Position numbers and translations under genes: made by a program
Origin: an uncultured Acidobacteriota bacterium
GTDB lineage: Bacteria > Acidobacteriota > Thermoanaerobaculia > Multivoradales > UBA5704
DNA: 64,000 bases
Direction of reading: 5' to 3'
NCBI GenBank assembly: GCA_963770895.1
Contig: CAVYRF010000001.1
Span: 2,179,496-2,243,495, forward strand
Part shown: piece after piece, positions 50,801-57,900 of the stretch
Layout: each line of letters opens with the position of its first letter
Position numbering within the stretch: position 1 is the first letter of the stretch
Notes under the pieces: generated by a model
Told to the model about the DNA's origin: nothing
Databases searched by the model: none
Seen by the model: only the letters and a program-made list of their open reading frames with translations

Positions 50801-53800
50801 ACCGTGGGCACCCTGCAGCTGGACGGCCAGATCCTGGCGCGCGGCGAGACGCGCTCGCTGGGGCAGGCGGGCGGCGCCGGCGGCAGCGTCGTGGTGCAGG
50901 CGGCGACGGCGATCACCGGCGCCGGCTCGATCGACGCGTCGGGCGGCGCGGGGGACTACTACTGTCCGGGCGGCGGGGTCGGCGGCGGCGGGCGCGTGGC
51001 GCTGGTCGCGCCGACGCTCGCCGGCTTCAATCCGCTGACGCAGGTGATCGCCTACGGCGCGCAGGAGCTGTACTGCGGCCAGCCGCAGAGCGGCATGTTC
51101 GCCGGTCCGGGGACGGTGTTCTGGAAGGACTCGACGGTGACCTACGGGCGGCTCCTGGTGGACAGCGGCAAGGACGGCAGCGGCAACGACCGCAAGGGTC
51201 CGGTGACGCCGCTGCCGGCGCTGGGCGGCGGCGCCATCACCGCCTGGTCGGCGGCGGGCGGCGGCGGCGCGGGCAACATCTGGCTGAGTGCGGCGGCGGG
51301 CTTCGGCGGCGTGTGGCTGGGGGCGTGGGTGGAGGTGCTGGACGCGTCGGGCAACCTGCTGGGCGAGTTCGAGGTGGCGCAGATCGACGGCCAGGGGCGG
51401 GCGTTGCTGGCGGGCGCCGGCGCGGTCAGCGGCGCGGCCAGCTACGCCGGCGAGTACCGCTTCGACCAGATCACCTTGAAGAGCAGCGCGGGGTTGACGG
51501 CGAGCGACCCGCTCAAGAGCGGCGACGTCGAGGTGTACGGCTCGGCGACGCGGCTGCCGGCGCAGCTCCAGGCGGCCAGCATGACGATCAACGCCGGCTC
51601 GGTGGCGGTGGCCGCGGCGGCCAGCGGGGTGGTCGACCTGACGGTCAGCGGCACGCTGGACATCCAGGCCGGCGCGCACCTGGACGTGTCGGCCCAGGGC
51701 TACGCCGGCGCCACCGCGGCGGGCGGTTCGGGGACGGCGCCGGCGGGCGTGTCGGTGGCGCAGAACGACGCCGGCGGCAGCCACGGCGGTGCCGGCGCGC
51801 CGCACAGCTTCGCCGGCCCGGCGGGGGCGGTCTACGACAGCGTCTACATGCCGCAGCTGGGCGGCGGCGGCGGGTCGCTCAGCTGCGGCGGCACGGGCTA
51901 CCGCGGCGGCGGCGGCGGCGGCGTGGTGGCGCTCACCGTCGGGACGTTGCAGCTGGACGGGCAGATCCTGGCGCGCGGCGAGACGCGCTCGCTGGGGCAG
52001 GCGGGCGGCGCCGGCGGCAGCGTCCTGGTGCAGGCGGCGACGATCGCCGGCGCCGGCTCGATCGACGTGTCGGGCGGCCAGGGGGACTACTACTGTCCCG
52101 GCGGTGGGGTGGGCGGCGGCGGGCGCGTGGCGCTGGTCGCGGCGACGTTCACGGGCTTCAATCCGTTGACGCAGGTGACCGCCTACGGGGCGCAGGAGCT
52201 GTACTACGGCCAGCCGCAGAGCGGCCTGTTCGCCGGTCCGGGGACGGTGTTCTGGAAGGATTCGACGGTGACCTACGGGCGCCTCCTGGTGGACAGCGGT
52301 CAGGACAGCAGCGGCAACGACCGCAAGGGTCCGGTGACGCCGCTGCCGGCGCTGGGCGGCGGCGCCGTCACCGCCTGGTCGGCGGCGGGCGGCGGCGGCG
52401 CGGGCAACGTCTGGCTGAGCGGGGCGGCGGGCTTCGGCGGCGTCTGGCTGGGGGCGTGGGTGCAGGTGCTGGACGCGTCGGGCAACCTGCTGGGCGAGTT
52501 CCAGGTGGCGCAGATCGACGGCCAGGGGCGGGCGCTGCTGGCAGGCGCCGGCGCGGTCAGCGGCGCTGCCAGCTACGCGGGCGAGTACCGCTTCGACCAG
52601 ATCACCTTGAAGAGCAGCGCGGGGTTGACGGCGAGCGACCCGCTCAAGAGCGGCGACGTCGAGGTGTACGGCTCGGCGACGCGGCTGCCGGCGCAGCTCC
52701 AGACGACCAACATGACGATCAACGCGCCGGCGGTGGCGGTGGCCGCGGCGGCCAACGGGGTGGTCGACCTGACGGTCACCGGCACGCTGGACATCCAGGC
52801 CGGCGCGCACCTGGACGTGTCGGCGCAGGGCTACGCCGGCGCCACGGCGGCCGGCGGCTCGGGCGCGGCTCCGGCGGGGGTGGCGGTGTCGCAGAACGAC
52901 GCCGGCGGCAGCCACGGTGGCGCCGGCGCGCCGCACACCTTCGCCGGCCCGGCGGGGGCGGTCTACGACAGCGTCTACCAGCCGCAGCTGGCCGGCGGCG
53001 GCGGGTCGCTCAGCTGCGGCGGCACGGGCTACCGCGGCGGCGGCGGCGGCGGCGTGGTGGCGCTCACCGTCGGGACGTTGCAGCTGGACGGCCAGATCCT
53101 GGCGCGCGGCGAGACGCGCTCGCTGGGGCAGGCGGGCGGCGCCGGCGGCAGCGTCGTGGTGCAGGCGACGACGATCGCCGGCGCCGGCTCGATCGACGTG
53201 TCGGGAGGCCAGGGCGACTACTACTGCCCCGGCGGCGGGGTCGGCGGCGGCGGGCGCGTGGCGCTGGTCGCGGCGACCTTCGCGGGCTTCAATCCGCTGA
53301 CGCAGGTGACCGCCTACGGGGCGCAGGAGCTGTACTACGGCCAGCCGCAGAGCGGCATGTTCGCCGGGCCGGGGACGGTGTTCTGGAAGGACTCGACGGT
53401 GACCTACGGGCGCCTGTTGGTGGACAGCGGCAAGGACGGCAGCGGCAACGACCGCAAGGGTCCGGTGACGCCGCTGCCGGCGCTGGGCGGCGGCGCCATC
53501 ACCGCCTGGTCGGCGGCGGGCGGCGGCGGCGCGGGCAATGTCTGGCTCAGCTCGGCGGCGGGCTTCGGCGGCGTCTGGCTGGGGGCGTGGGTGCAGGTGC
53601 TGGACGCGTCGGGCAACCTGCTGGGCGAGTTCGAGGTGGCGCAGATCGACGGCCAGGGGCGGGCGCTGCTGGCGGGCGCCGGCGCGGTCAGCGGCGCGGC
53701 CAGCTACGCCGGCGAGTACCGCTTCGACCAGATCACCTTGAAGAGCAGCGCCGGCCTGACGGCGAGCGATCCGCTCAAGAGCGGCGACGTCGAGGTGTAC

Positions 53801-54952
53801 GGCTCGGCGACGCGGCTGCCGGCGCAGCTCCAGGCGGCCAGCATGACGATCAACGCCGGGTCGGTGGCGGTGGCGTCGGCGGCGGGCGGGGTGGTCGACC
53901 TGGCGGTCAGCGGCACGCTCGACATCCAGGCCGGCGCGCACCTCGACGTGTCGGCGCAAGGCTACGCCGGCGCCACCGCCGCGGCCGGTTCGGGGGCGGC
54001 GCCGGCCGGCGTGTCGGTGTCGCAGAACGACGCCGGCGGCAGCCACGGCGGCGCCGGCGCGCCGCACAGCTTCGCCGGCCCGGCGGGGGCGGTCTACGAC
54101 AGCGTCTACCTGCCGGTGCTGGGCGGCGGCGGCGGGTCGCTGAGCTGCGGTGGCACCGGCTACCGCGGCGGCGCCGGCGGCGGTGCGGTGGCGCTCACCG
54201 TCGGCACCTTGCAGCTGGACGGTGAGATCCTGGCGCGCGGCGAGACGCGCTCGCTGGGGCAGGCCGGCGGCGCCGGCGGCAGCGTCCTGGTGCAGGCGGC
54301 GACGATCGCCGGCGCCGGCTCGATCGACGTCTCGGGCGGGCAGGGCGACTACTACTGCCCCGGCGGCGGAGTCGGCGGCGGCGGCCGGGTGGCGCTCTAC
54401 GCCACGACGCTCTCGGGCTTCAACCCGGCGACCCAGGCGCTGGCCCACGGGGCGCAGCAGCTGTACTACGGCCAGCCGCAGACCGGCCTGTATGCCGGGT
54501 CCGGGACGATCTTCTGGAAGAGCGGCGGCGCCACCTACGGGCGGCTCGACGTCGACAGCGGCCTGGGGTCGAGCGTCACCTACACCCTGCCGATCACGCC
54601 GCTGCCGGGCATCGGCAGGATCACGGTGGGCACCGCGGCGGCCGACGCGGTGGTGCCGGCAAACCTGTGGATCACGGCGAGCGGCGGCGCTCTCTTCCAG
54701 GTCGGCTTGGCCGGCATGTGGGTGCGCGACAACGGGGTCGACTACCCGGTGATCGCGCAGAGCGCCGACCGCACCCGGATCGAGCTCGCCGGGGCGGCGG
54801 CCAGCGTCGCCGCCGGCGACAGCGTCGAAGGCGTCTACAAGTTCGACGAGGTGGACGTGCACGGCGCGGCACGCCTGCAGTTCAACGACGTCGACGTCGT
54901 CGGCACCCTCGTCGTCGATCCCAACTCGATCGTCATCCAGGACGCGCCATGA
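35816..54952 (+). CDS. Giant secreted multidomain protein (6378 aa): carboxypeptidase-regulatory-like and Ig-like repeats plus nine glycine-rich modules
   Basis: Uninterrupted 19.1-kb ORF with strong GC3 bias. Signal-like RFAALAALFLTLPWAPAARA-GD; repeated GxV...G.PV.GA.V...TD..G.F.F units (~38650-42130); Ig-like V..TP..G...VP......FNKP units; GGSHGG...YDSVY.P...GGGG modules. The exact start codon is uncertain. Confidence 0.92.
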   Translation: MSISSDVVANGKLLCDGRVVRAEFYAQLRFAALAALFLTLPWAPAARAGDLADATLSITGARLTVSPEAQTVPYNTPTQVLTQLTGFDPSHGTLPAGLVVLGDLSGPQIAGTMTLQTTPGQPFQIPSLQIQGQYELNNIRLMQGGNLLGYAQPRSAALTVTQVLVTSVTSRALTDDEIRSYGIVLTGGSVQAYVFTFAFAVSPGQTVNYNVPVVFNANGQAPATGQPPMQLFTALGQDNGGVHAAGPRFTPPTMAPFQLNLAPAAGAPAATSGGCQSLDGDCSSSTSLPLPGVILFPTDISLLNQFFSVILMVQNGAPQGSPLVLRELSATVTLPPGLRQASTQPPMPLGVPIPIRDPGPDGILGTADDVTFLVAQASGQAQLLTEGMEQGTQIVQFNVTGLVDGLPGGKLQPITGTAQGAVLVRDPTLNVTVTHPDVVRAGEQYQLILTVTNTGTSPANQLTIRLPPQNLAGVQVVGNSSQTVDVLPGDSSLVQFTLQSLLTGRVTADAVRNASEITPTFDLTAGVGENNIPLSPNAIILPDAVSSLPADLVQADLLLLGLGYSLATAPPELITANSLPSVSLSSIDSRVYELSQAGVEVSMGEAAFDSAAVLATQWADAVDQDPTWDQLRRITQKGGSAGARLAEIFAAEAAATSPLAAFDRFAATTAYVRPAQGGVQAALAVGGGAQLLVTSRASGARLAAGGDDVTRLRELPFADLYLLDSQGGSQMALMAVPEATGYQVQLRVAGGGAADLHLLVPTATGGLRRVDWTAVALGAAGTATVAYAPGDTTFTLSVDADGSGGNVQQVAGSVQAVAPRPFGVAAAVQNATVDPSGHVVDVLFTGNVDFTSLLPVDPSHFVVPNKISNGGLTQIDADIATQAQQSSPGNPTNLVNSRMVRVVFNNPLSPYATPINLTVANVRDVAGDTLSSVAVPIQVTVTTPGEELSGVVIGSDGQPVPFAQVTLHENDVCLDCDVTCTTHSTAAVQADATGHYLFDYVRDTPECGGSFGVSAIDPATSETGASTGVVRFVGQTAALDVEMLGRGTIRGTVTYDDGSVPVNPQVIAYNPVFRAAGTSSVDGYGNYSVTDVPVGTITLSANDSQGKFVVTTIAVPAAGSVVQYNLVILRTPAKPVPTGQLSGNVLQADGQTPDVAAYVALYVDGNLIGVQRTDGSGNFNFGTVPAGLAEVDTYENLTGQAGDQVFFQLNADQQNQISLIMNDELGSVQGHVYRQSGTTLTPVAGAVVWVQGTPFKTYTDATGAYRLDGVFTGTWTMNAADLVNQVVVTAAVTIEAGADVATANLYFQAPQVQGGIGGQVLDFSGNPVSGATIHLKSGNEQWFDQTATDVNGKFALTGLAPGSYSVQAYLGAAGGQALAIVRFAGDTPFVTIQFVEGTIRGTVSAADASGNLTPLVATLIYRTTVVRNGVLGLADQATTLQSNPDGTYEIDNVLAGPYSIAAYSPFYGTVNVSGTMVNQGEVQTQNVVFQLNGPGTIKGQVLNQDGVTPAVGANVHLAHPAFSAYDLTTDSNGNFEFDLVPPTPYNFPVQVTFQDGVIFRQAQSWVSFTQPNTTLTLSIVLPRQGSVAGVVMDADGNPVPQAVVTLTENQYPNRRLVVNADATGAFQFTNIFVGSDSIAALAPTLGGLGGKTSVQVTAEGQQVTGVVVKLQPTGKITGQVISPVDGSAVANAQMTLYTGYLFDSITADANGNFEFDLLPLNTYNLYAFDPLTGREGEAPPINIAANDQVAVANVTLEARGSVAGHLYDPDPTPPLGLPGATVSLVSEGINQFVTYSSTDVTGAYQFQGIPQGGFLLSAREPGGLRNAAGSGQIVNEGDQVTVDLYLQKEGTVGGSVYNPLGQPTGKFANVNVTITQDGQVIGGTLASDYQFGSVIVGQQFQLDAQEVGGNHRGAATGTLTDGNPVTLDIQMVPLGAVHVIVNDSFGHPVPGANIALNSSGFYGYAVQRASASANADALFQNIGAGALEADAQDPTTGLWGSADGTLTEDGQIVTLTVALQPTGTIQGTLLLADGVTPAANAQAALQAYGRSLVILTDAAGNFAFTSVPLGGFDLNFQQSFGPGTLEVSGSVTANGQVVNLGTLVLDATDLQVVAVTPPTGSVNVPLNQVVTAQFNKPIDPDRMGQFYVTRSDGGDVAMTTSLSADHTTLTLTPQAPLDNATTFLVNLEDTWSQTGKYLEQPVQTTFTTVDHLQPAVIQVTPAGGAVQVPLATQIHLLFNKPVAPGSVSGSALQLLDVTDNVQVTTTYTLAPSGREVWITPQTLLLQEKQYQVTVGGLVDLVGNVQAAPFVSAFYSLDTTPPRFGAITPAAAAVYTAGDPVTIAVATWDPSGIHDVSIQLGPRGADPTTATSVGSGGVGVYTATLAAPRVAAASDVPIAIASTDVYGNTATTTVTIHVQPNADTTAPTVATCLLDGDAVAPGVALAVPLTAVDNQAVESYDLLIDGQAVASVPVPGTAATVSASIGWTPPAGTAAGTVFTAELEAFDFAGNVGSVTLHLVVPAGTLLTGSQAVPASAAGQALSLAGGTFTVAAPLAVASLTLLQGATLTAASAGQAVAVTASGGVRVQCGAAIDVGALGYPGGVSGHPDGYGPAGVQAAHGAYIGGSHGGQANPGPASGTVYDSVYLPRMAGAGGSTGGAPVPQGAGGGVVSVDAASLLLAGQILARGNDQCGAGAGAGGTVAITAATIAGAGQIDVSGGNGLSCNWASGGGGGGRVALYGALAGFDPTAQALAQGGYDTAMAAGPSGYAAPGTVLWKTPAMTYGTLRVDNGAGRGAPPTTLPPLGAGALAALTADAGGVDAWAAVPAGGAAFGVPWLGAWMVLLDGAGNQVGASAFQVVAIDAQGRARLAGAAALLGGTGGGAGGGGVAAYRGEYLFDTYQLQDGAALDVADPLWAQTLTLAGQLAIPSDLQVGDLTIASGATITPQSGGNLHFEVSGTLTVEAGATIDVSNLGYPGGVGGHVPGYAPPWVAGSLQDAGGSHGGLGVGATNPGAGGPVFDSVYQPQLGGGGGSQEGLFPGNPGGGSIVIDAATVALDGQLRSRGFDGCIAPGGAGGSVLVHADAIQGTGTIDVTGGAAAAAGCGSEFGTYGAGGGGRVALYAATFDGFVPASQVMAWGGPLSHDTAWASPGTVLVLGAGGTFGDLTLDPGVNSDGSVRQAVPTPLPALGSGQLTALVAAGAGGADAYAAAAAPFTLEWLGAWMQLLDGGGNVLGTFQATSLDGGGRLLLAGAGGVAAAGNAAAYRGEYQFDHVNLVHGGGMVGSDPVVTADVTLSGNTEVGAVVQAQNLTVASGAVVHAAAGGSGIHFEVSGTMTVEAGATIDVSGQGYPGGVPGHTAGYAPPWIAGSQVDAGGSHGGGGVGFKDPGTGGPAFDSVYLPQLGGGGGSDDWVLTGNAGGGWVTIDAGTLALAGNIKARGVDGCTSSGGAGGSVLLRVGALAGAGTIDVSGGVAAIPGCATSLYANGGGGGGRVAIYATSALGGGFVPAAQVDVAGGSLPGASGYAAPGTLYLNLPGGTYGDLYVDGGATSGGTPLAVPATALPQLGSGTLTGLTPASGGGVPAGGAWASAAAAFTVEWLGAWMDLLDGSGNQLGTFQATQLDAGGRLLLAGAGSVPAPGSGSGGAAAYRGRYLFDNVHLLDGAGLTAQDPAVAATLAAAGHNTWNALVQPVDIDVQPGAVLAPASGGELDVTATGTLTIETGAQLNVAGLGYQPYSSGAPAAPPNVTPSDANSASGSHGGAGWQAGNGAGEIYDSVYQPWLGGGGGGAGWSEPGGGIVRVSAADLVLNGAIVADGVPVCNNGSGAGGTVAVALSGTLSGSGTISAVGGGWPAIPANLVTSCAFVNGGGGGRVAITAQALSGFDTASQVAVTGGLEFQPHLVGRAASGTLFTKVAGQTYGALWVDAGSPAAAAATIQPTVLPTIGRGVVGAVAPVAGDATSTWITAQAGTPLFSLGALGMWVRIGGTDYPVAGQSADRTQLLLQGGAAAATVGTSFLGIYKFDQVTVTGRAAVQVDDGLVAGSTSVDASSSLNYVSVAAPVFSNVLPAAGTVYNAGAPVAISATVADARPVSVVATLGGRSVTVAAPPFSWTLPAPPVAAAADVPFTLVATDSDGNSATFTQTVHVLPVSGGTPAVALTCPSTGAMLAPGTSLGLAATASEGSGIAKVEFFLGAATTPFATAWSPPYTAVLAAPAGAADGQQLQLTVRATSYAATTAAATAGFTVATGSVLTASTEIAASNTAYDGASLIVAGGTVTIDGPHTFRDLIVLDGATVNHSPTTAAQENHLTLNLTRNLYVSCGGAIDVTNLGYLGATGNAHAYGYGNVQTEGAAPTGAGGSFGGDGGRYDGSSPEYGSFWNPQDPGAGGGYAAGSPPAGHNGGGVVNVTATGYGLIDGAVRANGGPQAGGGAGGGAGGSVLVNAATLGGQGLIQALGGPPTPLPDPSQTGGGSGGRIALYGASIDAGLLSRTSAAGAAGTSSLPATWGAAGTVFSKLDGNAYGSLVIDNGGVASSQYTELMPVGSGAATAVGATTLTDSLADFHHDLSGIGLVVNGNAAAPYPVAGNAHHGQTLTLTVASPPLSGAVATGAAYGGLYQFDNVTVRGGAQAIALDAVSSTNAAQVASGSTWTPGYRPAIALTSPAAGATFTSGTPMTISASVTDVLAVGRVVFSIGGQSQTVTAAPYTWTLGAPSVSAATSLNATAIAYGVTGGYVVATTTVDVQPAVDPLAPVVALTCVTDGEVVVAGAAVPISFTATDAHEVTSYALIVNGTTVQTVNTTQATVSATLSWTPPAGTAAGTSFTLQIAATNAAAHVGYAELHLVIGVPTLTGTATLGSSYGGQSLVLGAGTYTVPAALSLSSLTLLSGATLSGVAGQPLALTVSGTLAVECGATINVSALGYGGATTGGAAGAAPAGVAASQNDAGGSHGGAGMAHTYAGPAGAVYDSVYQPQLAGGGGSLSCGGGGNHGGAGGGVATLTVGTLQLDGQILARGETRSLGQAGGAGGSVVVQAATAITGAGSIDASGGAGDYYCPGGGVGGGGRVALVAPTLAGFNPLTQVIAYGAQELYCGQPQSGMFAGPGTVFWKDSTVTYGRLLVDSGKDGSGNDRKGPVTPLPALGGGAITAWSAAGGGGAGNIWLSAAAGFGGVWLGAWVEVLDASGNLLGEFEVAQIDGQGRALLAGAGAVSGAASYAGEYRFDQITLKSSAGLTASDPLKSGDVEVYGSATRLPAQLQAASMTINAGSVAVAAAASGVVDLTVSGTLDIQAGAHLDVSAQGYAGATAAGGSGTAPAGVSVAQNDAGGSHGGAGAPHSFAGPAGAVYDSVYMPQLGGGGGSLSCGGTGYRGGGGGGVVALTVGTLQLDGQILARGETRSLGQAGGAGGSVLVQAATIAGAGSIDVSGGQGDYYCPGGGVGGGGRVALVAATFTGFNPLTQVTAYGAQELYYGQPQSGLFAGPGTVFWKDSTVTYGRLLVDSGQDSSGNDRKGPVTPLPALGGGAVTAWSAAGGGGAGNVWLSGAAGFGGVWLGAWVQVLDASGNLLGEFQVAQIDGQGRALLAGAGAVSGAASYAGEYRFDQITLKSSAGLTASDPLKSGDVEVYGSATRLPAQLQTTNMTINAPAVAVAAAANGVVDLTVTGTLDIQAGAHLDVSAQGYAGATAAGGSGAAPAGVAVSQNDAGGSHGGAGAPHTFAGPAGAVYDSVYQPQLAGGGGSLSCGGTGYRGGGGGGVVALTVGTLQLDGQILARGETRSLGQAGGAGGSVVVQATTIAGAGSIDVSGGQGDYYCPGGGVGGGGRVALVAATFAGFNPLTQVTAYGAQELYYGQPQSGMFAGPGTVFWKDSTVTYGRLLVDSGKDGSGNDRKGPVTPLPALGGGAITAWSAAGGGGAGNVWLSSAAGFGGVWLGAWVQVLDASGNLLGEFEVAQIDGQGRALLAGAGAVSGAASYAGEYRFDQITLKSSAGLTASDPLKSGDVEVYGSATRLPAQLQAASMTINAGSVAVASAAGGVVDLAVSGTLDIQAGAHLDVSAQGYAGATAAAGSGAAPAGVSVSQNDAGGSHGGAGAPHSFAGPAGAVYDSVYLPVLGGGGGSLSCGGTGYRGGAGGGAVALTVGTLQLDGEILARGETRSLGQAGGAGGSVLVQAATIAGAGSIDVSGGQGDYYCPGGGVGGGGRVALYATTLSGFNPATQALAHGAQQLYYGQPQTGLYAGSGTIFWKSGGATYGRLDVDSGLGSSVTYTLPITPLPGIGRITVGTAAADAVVPANLWITASGGALFQVGLAGMWVRDNGVDYPVIAQSADRTRIELAGAAASVAAGDSVEGVYKFDEVDVHGAARLQFNDVDVVGTLVVDPNSIVIQDAP
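50530..54560 (+). repeat. Near-identical tandem repeat, ~1131 bp (377 aa) unit, ~3.5 copies
   Basis: Anchor GACAGCGTCTAC recurs at 50702, 51836, 52967 and 54098; shadow ORFs recur at 51442, 52573 and 53704. Confidence 0.93.
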
Positions 54953-57900
54953 ACGAGCGGCAACACAGGCAGGACGAGCGCAACGGGGCGCGGGAGTGCG
55001 GCGGACAGGCAGGCGCGAGGGGGGAGGCGGCGGCGGCGGCCGGCGCGCTGGTGTCCTTGCTGGCGCTGGCGAGCCTGGGGCAGGGAGGCGGCTGGCGGCC
55101 GCTCGCGGCGCAGGCGGGGCCGCCGGTGTTCCAGACGGAGTCGCCGGCGAGCGGCACGATCACCGCGGCGACGCAGGTGACGGTGAGCGGCACGGTGGAC
55201 AGCGCGGTGTCGGTGACGGTTGCGGGGCAGGCGGCGACGCTGGTGGGCGGCACCAGCTTCAGCGGCGGCCCGGTGGCGCTGGCGGAGGGTACCAACAACC
55301 TGACGTTGACAGCGGTGGATGCGGCGGGCAACAGCGCCTCGACGGCGTTGGTGGTGGTGCGCGACACCACGCCGCCGGCGGTGGCGATCGGTGCGCCGGC
55401 GGCGGGCACGGTGCTGGCGGCGGTGGCGGTGGACGTCACCGGCACGGCGTCGGACGCGCACCTGGCCAACGTCGCGGTGAACGGCATCGCGGCGAGCGTG
55501 ACGGGCGGGCAGTTCCGCGCGCCGCAGGTGCCGCTCAGCGAGGGCAGCACGGTGCTGACGGCGGTGGCGACCGACCAGGCGGGCAACGTGTCGCAGTCGT
55601 CGGTGACGGTGGTGCGCGACACGCAGCCGCCGACGCTCGCGATCACCAACCCGGCGGACGGCACGGTGGTGCCGGGAGCAAGCCTGACGGTGAGCGGGGT
55701 GGCGAGCGATCCGCACCTGGCGCGGGTGGTGGTCAACGGCGCGGCGGCGACGCTGGTGCCGCAGGCGGGCGGCGCGGCGGCGGCGTGGTCGGCGCCGGTG
55801 TCGTTGCAGGCGGGCAGCAACACGGTGACGGCGCAGGCGGTGGATGCCGCGGGCAACGCGTCGACGGCGACGATCACGGTGGTGCGCAACAGCTCGGTGC
55901 CGCAGGTGTCGATCACCCAGCCGGCCGACGGTGCGTACCTGAACACCACGGCGGTGACGGTGGGAGGCACGGTCGAGGCGCGCAACGGCCTGGTGGTGAC
56001 GGTCAACGGCTCGCCGGCGCTGATCGGCGGGAGCAGGGCGCGCGGCAGCGGCGGCACCAGCTATTCGGCAGCGGCGTGTGGCGCTGGTCGAGGGGCAGAA
56101 CCGGCTGGTGGCGCGGGCGACCGATCCGGCGGGCAACCAGGGCGTCGCCAGCGTCCTGGTGTACCGCGACACGGTGGCGCCGCAGCTCGCCAGCAGCAAC
56201 CCGGCGAGCGGCGCCCAGGCGATCGGGCTCAACACCGTGTTCCAGCTGACGTTCAGCGAGCCGATCGCGACCCCTGCGGCGGGCAGCTGGTCGTTGCGGA
56301 CGGCGGCGGGGCAGGCGATCGCCGCCAGCGCGGCGCTCGCCGGCAGCACGCTGACGGTGACGCCGAGCGCGGCGCTGCCGGCGGCGGCCTCGATCCAGCT
56401 GGCGCTCACCGGCGGCATCACCGACCTGGCCGGCAACGCGCTGGCAAACCCGCCGGTGCTGGCGTACACCACCTTCAACGCGGCGGCGCCGGCGGCGCCG
56501 GTCGTCGGGTCGGTGCCGGCGGCGCTGTGCGCCGCGTCGGTGACGCTCGGCGGCACGGCGGCGCCGGGCAGCGTGATCGACGTCACCGGCGGCGCGGCGG
56601 CGGCGCAGGCGCCGGCCGACGCGACCAGCGGCGCGTTCACCGTCGCGGTGCTGTTGACGCCGGGAAGCGTCAACCGGCTGCTGGTGACGGCGGCGTCGGC
56701 GACGACCGGCGTGGTATCGCCGCCGGCGGCGGTGCAGGTGGTGGACGACTGTGCGGCGCCGTACGTGGTCGGCGCGCGGCTGGCGGGCGGCGGCGTGGTG
56801 ATCGCGTTCGACAAGCCGGTGGTGGCGGCGACGCTGGCGGGCGCGGTGACGGTGACGGCTCCGGGCGGCGCGGTTGCGGGTGCCGTGGCGCTGTCGGCGG
56901 ACGGCAAGACGGCGACGTTCACGCCGACGCCGGCGGGCACGGCGCTGCCCGGCGGCGTGTTGCGCCTGGATGTGTCGGTGGCGGTGCAGGACCAGGCGGG
57001 CAACGCGCTGGCCTATCCATTCTTTCAGCTGTTCGGGGGGGCGTCGGAAACCGGCGCCAGCTTCCTGGCCGGCACGGCGATCGACGACAGCGTCGGGCGG
57101 CCGCTGGCCGGCGCGCTGGCGATGGTGACGGCCACCAACGGCGCGGCGGTGGCGGCGCCGCAGCCGCAGCAGCTGACGGGGCCGGACGGCACCTTCAGCC
57201 TGGCGCTGCCGGCGGGGACGCAGCTGCTGGCGGTGACGCGGCCCGGCTACACGCCGTCGTATCGCACGGCGGCGGTGCAGGCGGCGCAGGGGGCCAGCGT
57301 CTTCGCGCCGCGGCTGACGCCGGCAGCGGGGGCGCAGAGCGTGGCGCCGGCGGGCGGCACGGTGACCGGGACGCCGGCGGGGGGTGCGGTGGGGAGCGGC
57401 GGCGGCGCGGCGCCGGCGGCGGTGGTGGTGATTCCGGGCGGCAGCCTGGCGGCGGCGACGCCGGTGGCGTTGACCGGTCTGGACGAACAGGGTTTGCCGC
57501 TGCCGCTGCCCTACGGCTGGTCGCCGCGCGGCGCGGCATGGCTCGATACCGGCGGCGCCACGCTGTCCGGCACGGCGACGCTGACGCTGCCGGTGGAAGA
57601 GCCCAACGGGTCGTCGCTGGCGGTGGTGTGGCTGAGCGCCGTCGCAGCCGCGGGTGCCGGGGGCGGCGGCGTCCCGAGCGTGCAGTGGCAGGTGGTGAGC
57701 GCCGGGGCGACGGTGACGGCGGGGACGGTGAGCGTCGGGGTCACCGGGGTGGCCGACGGCGGCTACGCGGCGGTCGATCCGGACACCTTGTCGTGGGCGG
57801 CGGCGGTGCCCGCGGCGGCGGTCGTGGGAGCGGCGCTGCCGCCTGCGCCGGCGCCGGCCGGCACCGAGGTGAGCGCAGCGACGATGGCCTTCAACCCGTC

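Noticed and set aside
50530-54560. 1131-bp repeats as CRISPR, IS or DGR template/variable repeats
   Set aside because: In-frame coding repeats with no spacers, terminal inverted repeats, transposase or reverse transcriptase; differences are not visibly adenine-specific.
35927-54862. 3860-aa and 2348-aa minus-strand ORFs and the 3222-aa alternate-frame ORF
   Set aside because: Shadows of the 6378-aa gene with low-complexity Arg/Ala/Gly composition.
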